Below, one piece after another: positions 42,005 to 50,656 of a stretch of DNA of 64,000 nt. Numbering within the stretch: the stretch's first letter is position 1; every line of letters begins with the position of its first letter. Below the pieces are notes generated by a model, which was not told the DNA's origin, searched no databases, and worked only from the letters and a program-made list of their open reading frames with translations. Both the position numbers and the translations under genes were made by a program. The stretch is from an uncultured Desulfobacterales bacterium (GTDB taxonomy: Bacteria; Desulfobacterota; Desulfobacteria; Desulfobacterales; SpSt-501), in assembly GCA_938048455.1 (NCBI GenBank), contig CALIUY010000016.1:14796-78795 (forward strand). The letters are read 5' to 3'.

Positions 42005-42559
42005 ATGACGCTTCCGGAAGGCCCCCCGATCCGCCTGGGGGCGTTGGATCCCCAATTTTCCCGCGAGATCAAGAAGCTCGCAGGCACCGATTTCCACGCC
42101 TGCCTGCAGTGCCGCAGCTGCAGCGGGGGCTGCCCCTTCAGCGATCACATGGACTACATGCCCAACGGCGTCATGCGCCTGGTGCAGCTCGGCCTCAAGC
42201 AGGAGGCGCTCTCCTGCAACACGATCTGGATCTGTGTGGGCTGCCACACCTGTTCGATCCAGTGCCCCATGGCGATCGACATCCCCGGCGTCATGGACGC
42301 CTTACGGGAGAAGGCGCTCGCCGAAAACATCGAGGCGATCGAGCCCGACATCCTCGCGTTTCACCGTGAGGTGCTGCACTCGATCGCCCGCTACGGGCGC
42401 ACCCACAAGTTGGAAATCATGCTGCGCTACAAGCTGAAAAAACGCGATCTGTTCAGCGACCTCGACGTGGGCCTGCGGATGCTCGCCAAGCGCAAACTCG
42501 ATCTCTCCCCCTCGCGCATCACGGACCTCGAGGCGATCGAAAAGGTGTTTCGTCCATGA
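42005..42559 (+). CDS. hdrC: Heterodisulfide reductase subunit C-like
   Basis: CLQCRSCSGGCP and CVGCHTCSIQCP, with the typical HdrC C-terminal helices. Confidence 0.8.
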   Translation: MTLPEGPPIRLGALDPQFSREIKKLAGTDFHACLQCRSCSGGCPFSDHMDYMPNGVMRLVQLGLKQEALSCNTIWICVGCHTCSIQCPMAIDIPGVMDALREKALAENIEAIEPDILAFHREVLHSIARYGRTHKLEIMLRYKLKKRDLFSDLDVGLRMLAKRKLDLSPSRITDLEAIEKVFRP

Positions 42560-43419
42560 ACGCCGCCGGCCGCTCCGCGCCGATCGAAGTCTCCTATTTT
42601 CCGGGATGTTCGCTCGCCACCACGGCGAAGGAGAACAACCAGTCGCTGATCGAGTCCTGCGCCCGTCTGGGAATCCGCTTGATCGAAATTCCGGACTGGA
42701 ACTGCTGCGGCAGCTCTTCGGCCCACAGCATCAGTCACCGGCTGGCCTTCGATCTCGCCTGCCGCAACCTCGCGCTCGCCCCCGCAGGGCGGCCGCTGAT
42801 CACGGCCTGCCCGAGCTGCACTCTGCGCCTGAAGCATGCCCAGCATCTCCTGCGACACGACCCCGAAGCCCGCAGGCGCTACGAATCGCTCTGGGGACGC
42901 CCCTACGACCCGGATCTGCACGTCCGCCATTTTTTCGGCCTGCTGGTGGAGATCGACTGGCGCTCCCGCATCGGAAACGGCGAAATCGCGGCCCTCGACC
43001 TCACCTTCGCCCCCTATTACGGGTGCATGCTCAACCGACCGGCGCCCCTGAGACCGAGTTCGGACCACCACGGGATCATGGAGCGGGTGCTCGGCGACCT
43101 GGGGATGCGCTCCGTGCTCTGGGCCTCTTCGACCCAATGCTGCGGAACCTTTCTCACCGTCGCCCGGCCCGACATCGTCACCCCCAAGGTGAACGCGATC
43201 CTGCAGAACGCGGCCGACAGCGGAGCCGAGTGCGTGGTCACCGCCTGCGCCATGTGCCACATGAACCTCGAGGTGCGCTGCACGCTGAAAGCCCCCATCC
43301 CGATCTTTCACTTCTCGGAGCTGATCGCGCTGGCTTTCGGCTCGGCCCGGCGCGACTGGTTCTCGCGCCACCTCATCGACCCGCGGCCGCTGTTGCGGCG
43401 CAAGGGGCTCGCCGAGTAA
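42556..43419 (+). CDS. hdrB: Heterodisulfide reductase subunit B-like (two CCG domains)
   Basis: YFPGCSL..WNCCGSS and APYYGCML..TQCCGTF..ACAMCH. ATGA overlap with hdrC. Confidence 0.8.
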   Translation: MNAAGRSAPIEVSYFPGCSLATTAKENNQSLIESCARLGIRLIEIPDWNCCGSSSAHSISHRLAFDLACRNLALAPAGRPLITACPSCTLRLKHAQHLLRHDPEARRRYESLWGRPYDPDLHVRHFFGLLVEIDWRSRIGNGEIAALDLTFAPYYGCMLNRPAPLRPSSDHHGIMERVLGDLGMRSVLWASSTQCCGTFLTVARPDIVTPKVNAILQNAADSGAECVVTACAMCHMNLEVRCTLKAPIPIFHFSELIALAFGSARRDWFSRHLIDPRPLLRRKGLAE

Positions 43420-43487
43420 GGCCGCTTTCGCCCCCCGTCTTCCTGTCAGCGACATTCGTCCAGCACCCGGCGGACGTCGGGCAGACA

Positions 43488-43667
43488 TCAGCCCCCGCGG
43501 GGGTTCAGCGCCGCACAGCGGCAAGCCCCCAGGCGCTTGGCGGCGACGATCTCCTCGAGAATCCGCGAACGGCCGTGGTTTCGAAAATCCGCCGCGATCT
43601 CGCCCCGCGTGTACCCGAAGCAAAAGCAGATCGTCTCCTCTTCCGGCGGCTTGTCTTCATCGGTCAT
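43488..43667 (-). CDS. BFD-like [2Fe-2S]-binding small protein
   Basis: 59 aa, MTDEDKPPEEETICFCFGYTRGEI...LGACRCAALNP (CxC...CxC). The start overlaps the moeA stop by 11 nt. Confidence 0.65.
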   Translation of the reverse strand: MTDEDKPPEEETICFCFGYTRGEIAADFRNHGRSRILEEIVAAKRLGACRCAALNPRGG

Positions 43668-44886
43668 GAGGATCCGGCACCTCCAAGAGATCCGCCCCCA
43701 CGATCTCCCCTGCGGCCGCCCCCGCCCGTTCTTCCGGCAGCACGAGAAGTCCCTGTTTGTCGGCCAGCGAGCGCAACACGCTTGCCCCGCGCAGGGGGAA
43801 GGCCAAGGGCGTTTCCTCCCCGGCGACAAGCCGCACGGGAACAAAGCGGGTCCAGCCGCGCTCCCCGCCCACGGCCTCGAGCAGCCGCACCCGGATGCGG
43901 GCAAACGCGGGCAGGTCATCGCCTCGCATCCGCAGCAGGGCCGGAAGGGCGAGCGCGAGGAAAGCCGTCTCGTTGGCCGCAGGACCGCCCGGCAGGAGAA
44001 AAAGGGGTTTGCCGGCGATCAGGCCGAAGCCGACCGGTTTTCCCGGGCTCATCCGCACGCGGTGATACACCCCTTCCATCCCCAGCTCGAGCGCGGCCCT
44101 CCAGGTCAGGTCCCTTTCGCTGCCCCAAGCGCCGCCGCAGGTGATCAGCGCGTCGCAGCGGGAAAGCGCCTGCTCCAGCGCGGCGGCGATCGCCGCGCGC
44201 CGGTCGGGGACAACGCCGCTCCGGGAGGGAAAGCCGAAGCGGGAAAGCCAGGCCGTGATCTGCACGAGGTTGCTGGCGTAGAGTTTGCCTTCCGCCAGCG
44301 GCTCCCCGGGAAGCGCAAGCTCGCTGCCGGCGGCAAGGACGGCCACGCGGGGATTGCCCACGACCGGCACCCGGGCGTGGCCGGAAGCGGCGATCAGACC
44401 GAGAAGCGCCGGCGACAGCCGCGCGCCCTTGCAAGCGATCCGCTCTCCGGCACGAACATCGGCCCCGCGGGGCAGGACGTTACGACCCGGCTCGGCGGTG
44501 TTGCGGCACAGGACCGATCCGTCCTCGACCACGGCATACTCCTCGGAGAGAACCGCATCGGCCCCCTCCGGAAGCGGGGCTCCCGTGGTGACCCGGTGCG
44601 CCTGGCCGCGTTCGATCCGTCCGCCGTGCGGGTCTCCCGCCCCCGAATGCCCGGCCAGCCGCAGCCGCACCGGTTGTTCCGGCGAGGCGTACCGGAGATC
44701 CTCGGAGAAAACCGCATAGCCGTCCCGGCGCGATGTCGCCAGGAGAGGGCAGTCCACACGGGCGAAAACCTCGGCGGCCAGGCTGCGGCCGATCGCCGTG
44801 ACCAAGGGCCGTTCCTCCGCCGGCAGCGGGGACACCCGGGCCAGCGTCAGAGCGAGAGCTTCGCGGAAGCCGATGGCCGTGTCCAT
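43657..44886 (-). CDS. moeA: Molybdopterin molybdotransferase
   Basis: LATSRRDGYAV, full four-domain length (409 aa), C-terminal LLVLPE pattern. Confidence 0.85.
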   Translation of the reverse strand: MDTAIGFREALALTLARVSPLPAEERPLVTAIGRSLAAEVFARVDCPLLATSRRDGYAVFSEDLRYASPEQPVRLRLAGHSGAGDPHGGRIERGQAHRVTTGAPLPEGADAVLSEEYAVVEDGSVLCRNTAEPGRNVLPRGADVRAGERIACKGARLSPALLGLIAASGHARVPVVGNPRVAVLAAGSELALPGEPLAEGKLYASNLVQITAWLSRFGFPSRSGVVPDRRAAIAAALEQALSRCDALITCGGAWGSERDLTWRAALELGMEGVYHRVRMSPGKPVGFGLIAGKPLFLLPGGPAANETAFLALALPALLRMRGDDLPAFARIRVRLLEAVGGERGWTRFVPVRLVAGEETPLAFPLRGASVLRSLADKQGLLVLPEERAGAAAGEIVGADLLEVPDPHDR

Positions 44887-44997
44887 GGAGACCTCTCAAG
44901 CGGGGCCGCGGGGCCCGCCGGTTGCAGATCCCAGGGAGATTACGATAAAATCCCTCTATCATGGATCCGAATTCGCCTCCAAGGAGGAAAAGGAATC

Positions 44998-45414
44998 ATG
45001 TTTCCTGCTATGTCCTGGCTTCGGCCGCTGGCCCTACTCCTTGCCGCCTGGATGTTTCTCACGGCGCTTCCTGTGGGGCCGGTTTTCGCCGCCCTGGTTC
45101 CCACCGCCGATCTCTTGCCGCAGGACCGTTCGTCCGACGAGGCGCGTGAAACGATCCGGGGTCTTCTCGCCCGCGAGGAGGTGCAGGCCCGTCTCCGGAC
45201 GCAGGGGATCGACCCGGAAGAAGCTTGGGCCCGCGTCGCCGCCCTTTCCGATGCCGAGGCGCAGGAGATTGCCCGCCGGATCGATTCGCTGCCCGCCGGC
45301 TCAGGCGCCGTGGGCGTCCTGGTCACGGCGGTTTTGATCATTTTTCTCGTTCTCCTGCTGACCGACCTTCTCGGTTTGACGGATGTCTTTCCCTTCGTGC
45401 GCAAGCACCGTTAA
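44998..45414 (+). CDS. PA2779-family-like small membrane-anchored protein
   Basis: ATG 44998 (AAGGAGGAAAAGG upstream). Signal/TM, then EVQARLRTQGIDPEEAWARVAALSDAEAQEIARRIDSLPAGSG and a C-terminal TM. The pattern is recalled from the PA2779 family, so the assignment is tentative. Confidence 0.5.
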   Translation: MFPAMSWLRPLALLLAAWMFLTALPVGPVFAALVPTADLLPQDRSSDEARETIRGLLAREEVQARLRTQGIDPEEAWARVAALSDAEAQEIARRIDSLPAGSGAVGVLVTAVLIIFLVLLLTDLLGLTDVFPFVRKHR

Positions 45415-45438
45415 TTCGTCCGCCGCCCCCGGGGGCCG

Positions 45439-46680
45439 ATGAGCGCCGCCCCGCCGATCGAGGCCGATCCCTCCTGGAAACGAACCCTCGCCGTGATGGT
45501 GTTCTGCCAGGTGATCTCCTCGATCGGTTTCTCGAGCGTCTTTCCCTTTCTTCCCCTTTACGTCAGGTCTCTCGGGTCGGTCACCGGAACCGATACCGAT
45601 CTTCTCGCCGGGCTCGTCTTCTCCGGGCAGGCGCTCTCCATGGCCGTCGCCTCGCCGTTCTGGGGCGCGCTCGCCGACCGCTGGGGAAAAAAGCTCATGG
45701 TGGAGCGCGCCATGTTCGGAGGCGCCGTCCTTTTGGGCCTGATGGCCTTCGTGCGCTCGGCCGAGGAACTGGTCGTGCTGCGGACCCTCCAGGGGATGGT
45801 CACGGGGACGATCGCCGCAGCGAACGCCCTGGTCGCGGCCGCAGCCCCCCGCGAGCGAGCCGGGTGGGCCATGGGCCTGCTCCAGGTCGGGCTGGCTGCG
45901 GGAGTGGGCCTCGGCCCCGTGATCGGCGGTGCGGTGGCCGACGCCTTCGGCTACGCGGCCGCTTTCTATGTGACCAGCGGGCTGCTGGCGCTCGCCGGCG
46001 CGATCGTCGCCCTCGGGGTGCACGAGCCGCAATCTTCCGGGGAGCGGCCGCGGCGGGCGCACCCCGGGTTCCGCGGGGAGTGGCGGCACGTTCTCGGAGC
46101 GGTGGGCGTTCTTCCCGCCTATCTGCTGCGCTTCATCGACTCGCTCTGCCGGATGGCCTTCATTCCCATTCTCCCCCTCTTCGCTCTCGAGCTCCTTTCC
46201 GACCCCGGCGCGGTGAACCGGTTCACCGGATTGGTGATCGGGACCTCTTCGGTCGCCGCCGCCATCGCCGCCGTTTTTCTCGGACGCCTGGGTGACCGCA
46301 CCGGCCACCGACCGATCGTCGCCGCCTGCGCCCTCACCGGAGGCATCGCGTTTCTGCTGCAGGTCTATATTGAACGAAGCGGGGGCTTTTTTCTGCTCCA
46401 GCTGCTGGCCGGCATCGCCCACGGCGGCATCGTCACCGGAGTGAGCGCGCTGCTCGCCCGCTATACGGACTGCGGTGAGGAGGGGGCGGTCTACGGGCTG
46501 GACAACTCGGTCAACGCCGCCGCCCGCGCGCTCGCCCCGATGGTCGGCGTGACGATCGGCCTGCTCTTCGGCTACCGTTCCGTGTTCGGGGCCGTGGCCT
46601 TTTTTTACCTCGCGGCGGCCCTGGTCGCCTTCCGCCGCCTGCCCCGTCCCGGCACCTGCCCGCCGCCCTCCGGGCCCTGA
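45439..46680 (+). CDS. MFS transporter
   Basis: 12-TM pattern with the WGALADRWGKK loop motif. Confidence 0.8.
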   Translation: MSAAPPIEADPSWKRTLAVMVFCQVISSIGFSSVFPFLPLYVRSLGSVTGTDTDLLAGLVFSGQALSMAVASPFWGALADRWGKKLMVERAMFGGAVLLGLMAFVRSAEELVVLRTLQGMVTGTIAAANALVAAAAPRERAGWAMGLLQVGLAAGVGLGPVIGGAVADAFGYAAAFYVTSGLLALAGAIVALGVHEPQSSGERPRRAHPGFRGEWRHVLGAVGVLPAYLLRFIDSLCRMAFIPILPLFALELLSDPGAVNRFTGLVIGTSSVAAAIAAVFLGRLGDRTGHRPIVAACALTGGIAFLLQVYIERSGGFFLLQLLAGIAHGGIVTGVSALLARYTDCGEEGAVYGLDNSVNAAARALAPMVGVTIGLLFGYRSVFGAVAFFYLAAALVAFRRLPRPGTCPPPSGP

Positions 46681-46776
46681 GGGGCCGATACCTTTGCATC
46701 TTCCACCGGCGGTGTTACCCTGCGGTGCGCGTCCGTCCCCTTGGGTTTCGCTCGCCCCGGAAAGGAGGAACCATCC

Positions 46777-47775
46777 ATGAAAGCGCTTGCTTCGATTCTT
46801 TCTTGCCTGCTGCTCAGCAGCGCCGCCTTCGCCGCCGACCCCGCCCTGGTCGAGAAAGCGCGGGCCGAAAAAAAGGCGGCCTTCTACGCGAACATCACCG
46901 CCGTGGAACCCATCCTCGAGTCCTTCAAGGCCGCAACCGGAGTCGTCGCCGAGTACACCCGGCTCTCCACCTCCAAGTTCGTTTCCACCGTGCTGACCGA
47001 GCATCAGGCCGGAAAGCTCTCCGCCGACGTGCTCCAAGCACCGCTTCCGATTCTTGAGCTGCTCCAGGAAAAGGGCGTGCTCGCGGATTATCGCCCGGCG
47101 GCCCTCGCCGCCTATCCGGAGTGGACGCGACGGGACGGCCGCATTTTCACCTTCGGCATCGAGGCCGTCGCCTTGATCTACAACCGGGAACTCGTTAAAG
47201 CCTCCGATGTTCCCCGGCGCTACGAGGATCTCGCCGACCCGAAATGGAAGGACAAAATCGTGATGGCCGATCCTTCCTCGCATGCCACGACCATTTCCTG
47301 GCTGGTGGCGCTGAAGGAAAAGGTTTTCGCCGAGGAGGCTTCCTGGAGGCGGTTTCTTCAGGGGCTGGCGGCCAACCGGCCGATGTTCGTCGCCTCCTTC
47401 GGGCCCACCCCCGCGCCAGTCGAAAGCGGCGAAAAATGGATTGGGATCTCGATGCCCAAATACATCGTGACCAAGGCCCCGGCCCCGCTGGATTGGGCCC
47501 GGGTCGAGCAGCCGCTGTTCGGCACCCCGCGCGCCATGGCGCTCGCCGCGGCCGCCCCCCGACCGCACGCCGCGCGGCTTTTCGCGGAATACTGGCTGTC
47601 CCGGGAGGCGATGATGATCCTCGCCGAGCGGGTCGGCGAATACGTCCTGCATCCGGGCATCTTCCCGCCGATCGCGGGCATGGAAAAGGCGCGCGTCGAG
47701 GCCATCCGCGAGTTGCCCGACGAGGAGATCCGCCGCTGGGGCGCTGAATTCAAAAAAATCTTTGCCGCTCCCTGA
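46777..47775 (+). CDS. ABC transporter substrate-binding protein (Fe3+/FbpA-AfuA type)
   Basis: Trimmed to ATG 46777 (AAAGGAGG upstream). Signal peptide; family-1 solute-binding pattern (YANITAVEP, IVMADPSSHATT). Confidence 0.7.
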   Translation: MKALASILSCLLLSSAAFAADPALVEKARAEKKAAFYANITAVEPILESFKAATGVVAEYTRLSTSKFVSTVLTEHQAGKLSADVLQAPLPILELLQEKGVLADYRPAALAAYPEWTRRDGRIFTFGIEAVALIYNRELVKASDVPRRYEDLADPKWKDKIVMADPSSHATTISWLVALKEKVFAEEASWRRFLQGLAANRPMFVASFGPTPAPVESGEKWIGISMPKYIVTKAPAPLDWARVEQPLFGTPRAMALAAAAPRPHAARLFAEYWLSREAMMILAERVGEYVLHPGIFPPIAGMEKARVEAIRELPDEEIRRWGAEFKKIFAAP

Positions 47776-47849
47776 GCTTGAAGGGCTTGCCCCCGTCGGC
47801 GGGCCCGGACCGCCCTTGCCCGCCGCCCGGGGGCTTCCTAGAGCCGCCC

Positions 47850-48938
47850 ATGGACATCCGCATCCAAGGCGTGAGCCGGCGCTTTCTCGCCCACGGAAAA
47901 GTCATTCCGGCGCTCGACGGCGTCAGCCTCGACATCCCGGCCCGCAGCATCTTCACCCTGCTCGGTCCCAGCGGCTGCGGCAAGACCACCCTCCTGCGCT
48001 GCATCGTCGGCCTCGACGCTCCCGACGAAGGGGAAATCCGAATCGGAGGGGAAGTCGTTTTTTCGCAAGCTCAAGGGATCTTCGTTCCGCCGGAAAAGCG
48101 CGGACTGGGGATGGTCTTTCAGACCTACGCCATCTGGCCGCACATGAGCGTGTTCCAGAACGTCGCCTATCCGCTCGAAGTCCGAGGGCTTTCCCGCGAC
48201 GAGATCCGCAAGCGGGTCGGGCGGGTGCTCGAGTTCGTTCAACTTTCGGGCTTCGAGTCCCGACCGGCGACCCGCCTCTCCGGCGGTCAGCAGCAGCGGG
48301 TGGCGCTCGCCCGAGCGCTGGTCGCCGAGCCGCGGGTCATTCTCTTCGATGAGCCCCTCTCCAACCTCGACGCCAAGCTGCGGGAGGAAACGCGTAAGGA
48401 GCTGCGCGCGTTTCTCACGCGGCTGCAGATCACGGCCGTTTACGTGACCCATGACCGCACCGAGGCGCTTTCCCTCTCCGACCGCATCGCGGTCATGAAA
48501 GACGGCCGGGTCCTCGAGGTGGGAACCCCGCGGGAGGTTTACTTTCATTGCGGCAGCCGTTTCGTGGCCGATTTCATCGGGCGGGCGAACCTGATCGCGG
48601 GGCGCATCCGCGGCCGAGATAAGGATCTCGCCCTCGTCGATTCGGAAATCGGCCCGCTGCGTTGCGCCGCTCGCGAAGGCCTGAGTCCCGGCGCCGCGGT
48701 GACGGTGTGCCTCCGGCCCGAAAATCTCCGTCTGCTGCCGGCCGCGGGGCAAGGAGAGCTCAACCGCCTGCGGGGACGGATCGAAACGCTGCTCTTCGTC
48801 GGCGAAGCCTGGGAAGGGGAGATCTCCGTCGGTGCCAAACGGCTGCTCGTGCAGCTTCCCGCCGCAAGCGAGCTTCGCGAGGGAAACGAGATCGATCTCG
48901 GCTTTGTGCCCCGGGAGGCGGTCCTGCTCGCGCCATGA
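47850..48938 (+). CDS. ABC transporter ATP-binding protein
   Basis: Walker A GPSGCGKTT, signature LSGGQQQRVALARAL, Walker B ILFDEPLS, C-terminal TOBE-like domain. Confidence 0.9.
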   Translation: MDIRIQGVSRRFLAHGKVIPALDGVSLDIPARSIFTLLGPSGCGKTTLLRCIVGLDAPDEGEIRIGGEVVFSQAQGIFVPPEKRGLGMVFQTYAIWPHMSVFQNVAYPLEVRGLSRDEIRKRVGRVLEFVQLSGFESRPATRLSGGQQQRVALARALVAEPRVILFDEPLSNLDAKLREETRKELRAFLTRLQITAVYVTHDRTEALSLSDRIAVMKDGRVLEVGTPREVYFHCGSRFVADFIGRANLIAGRIRGRDKDLALVDSEIGPLRCAAREGLSPGAAVTVCLRPENLRLLPAAGQGELNRLRGRIETLLFVGEAWEGEISVGAKRLLVQLPAASELREGNEIDLGFVPREAVLLAP

Positions 48939-50653
48939 GAAAATCCTTTCTCTCGCCGGGCACCGGCGAGAACCGCCGTCCGTTGACCTTCGGGCTGCTT
49001 GTTCTCGTCGGTGGGCTCACGGTCTGCCCGGTCGTTCTGCTTCTTCTGGGCAGCCTCACCGAGGGGCTCGGCGCCTTCGGCCGCCTGACGCTCGCCAAGT
49101 ACCGCGCGGCTTATGCCGACCCGGGCTTCGCGGCCATCCTCTACAACACCTTCGTGTTCACCGTGGGCTCGGCGACGGTCTGCACGGCGCTCGCCTTTTT
49201 TCTCGCCTACCTCAACACACGGACCAACCTGCCGGGCAAGGTTCTCTTCCGCATCCTCTCCGTCGTGCCCATGATGATCCCCCATATCCTTTTCTGCGTG
49301 AGCTGGGTTTTGCTCCTCAATCCCTCGAACGGGCTGCTCAATCTGCTCTTGCGGGAGGCGCTGGGTCTTTCCGCTTCCCCGTTCAACATCTACACCCTGC
49401 CGGGGATGATCCTGGTCGAGGCGCTGCTGGATCTGCCCATCGCCTATCTGGTCCTCGCCCCGGCGCTTTCGGCCTTCGATGCGACTCTCGAGGAGTCTTC
49501 CCATGTTTGCGGCGCTTCGAGGTGGCATACGTTTTTCCGGGTGACCCTCCCGGTGCTGCGGCCGGCCGTTCTGGCCGCGTTCATCCTGGTCATCGTGCGC
49601 AGTCTCGCCTCGTTCGCCGTTCCCTCGGTCATCGGCATCCCCGGCCGGATTTATGTCTTGGCCTCGCACATCTATCGTCTGGTCGCCACCGGCTTTTCCC
49701 CGGACTACGGGCAAGCCGCCGCCGTGGGCACCAGTGCGCTCGCCGCCTCGATCGTCCTGGTCGTGCTCTACCGCCGCCTGACGGCCTCGAGCGAGCGCTT
49801 CGTCACCGTATCCGGCCGCGGCTACCGGCCTGCGATCATCGAGCTCAAACGTGCGAAGATCCCGCTCCTTGCCGTCGTCGGTCTGCTCTGCTTCGTCTGG
49901 ATCGTGCTCCCGGTGCTCGTCCTCGGCTACGTCTCGCTCCTTCCCTACTCGATGATCCCCGGGGAAAAGGCCTTCGCCCTCATGAGCCTCAAGAACTGGC
50001 GCCTGGTCCTTGCCGATCCCATCTCACGGCTCTCGTTGCGCAACAGCCTCTTGCTCGGCATCGGCGGCGCCGTTCTGGGAATGGTTCTTTCCTTCTTCGT
50101 CTCCTGGGTGATCGTGCGCGTGCGCTCCACCGCCGCGGGCATCCTGGAATCCCTCAGTTTTCTTTCCTTTTCCTTCCCGGGGATCGTCATCGGCGTGGGC
50201 TTCCTGTGGTTCTTCGTACTCACTCCGCTCTATGGCACGCTCTGGGCGCTGCTCATCGGCTACATCGCCACCTATCTTCCCTATGGCATTCGGCCGCTCA
50301 CCAGCGCTCTGGTCCAGATCCACAGCCATCTTGAGGAGTCCTCCCGCGTCTGCGGGGCGGGGCCTCTCACCACGCTGCGGCGCATTGTCTTTCCTCTTCT
50401 CGTCCCCGGGATCGTCTCCGGCTGGATTCTCATGGCCACGATGTTCGTGCGCGAGCTTTCGCTTTCCGTCGTGCTCTCCCGGCCCGGAACCGAGGTGCTC
50501 GCCGTTCAGATCCTGCGTTTTTCCGAAGACGGGCTGTGGGGCAGGCTGGCCGCGCTGGGAATCGTGATGATTCTGATCTCGACCGCCCTGGTCGTCATCG
50601 CCGGCCTGTTCGGAAGGCGGAGCCTGCGGGCCTTCGGCCTCGAAGCTTCCTGA
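48935..50653 (+). CDS. ABC transporter permease (two fused MetI-like domains, FbpB type)
   Basis: ATG 48935 (ATGA overlap with the ATPase stop). Two EAA-like loops (EESSHVCGASRWHTFFRVTLP, EESSRVCGAGPLTTLRRIVFP). Confidence 0.85.
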   Translation: MRKSFLSPGTGENRRPLTFGLLVLVGGLTVCPVVLLLLGSLTEGLGAFGRLTLAKYRAAYADPGFAAILYNTFVFTVGSATVCTALAFFLAYLNTRTNLPGKVLFRILSVVPMMIPHILFCVSWVLLLNPSNGLLNLLLREALGLSASPFNIYTLPGMILVEALLDLPIAYLVLAPALSAFDATLEESSHVCGASRWHTFFRVTLPVLRPAVLAAFILVIVRSLASFAVPSVIGIPGRIYVLASHIYRLVATGFSPDYGQAAAVGTSALAASIVLVVLYRRLTASSERFVTVSGRGYRPAIIELKRAKIPLLAVVGLLCFVWIVLPVLVLGYVSLLPYSMIPGEKAFALMSLKNWRLVLADPISRLSLRNSLLLGIGGAVLGMVLSFFVSWVIVRVRSTAAGILESLSFLSFSFPGIVIGVGFLWFFVLTPLYGTLWALLIGYIATYLPYGIRPLTSALVQIHSHLEESSRVCGAGPLTTLRRIVFPLLVPGIVSGWILMATMFVRELSLSVVLSRPGTEVLAVQILRFSEDGLWGRLAALGIVMILISTALVVIAGLFGRRSLRAFGLEAS

Positions 50654-50656
50654 CAC

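Noticed and set aside
44887-44997. Looked for a molybdenum-cofactor riboswitch upstream of moeA.
   Set aside because: I recognised no conserved Moco-motif elements by eye. There are only imperfect short inverted repeats.
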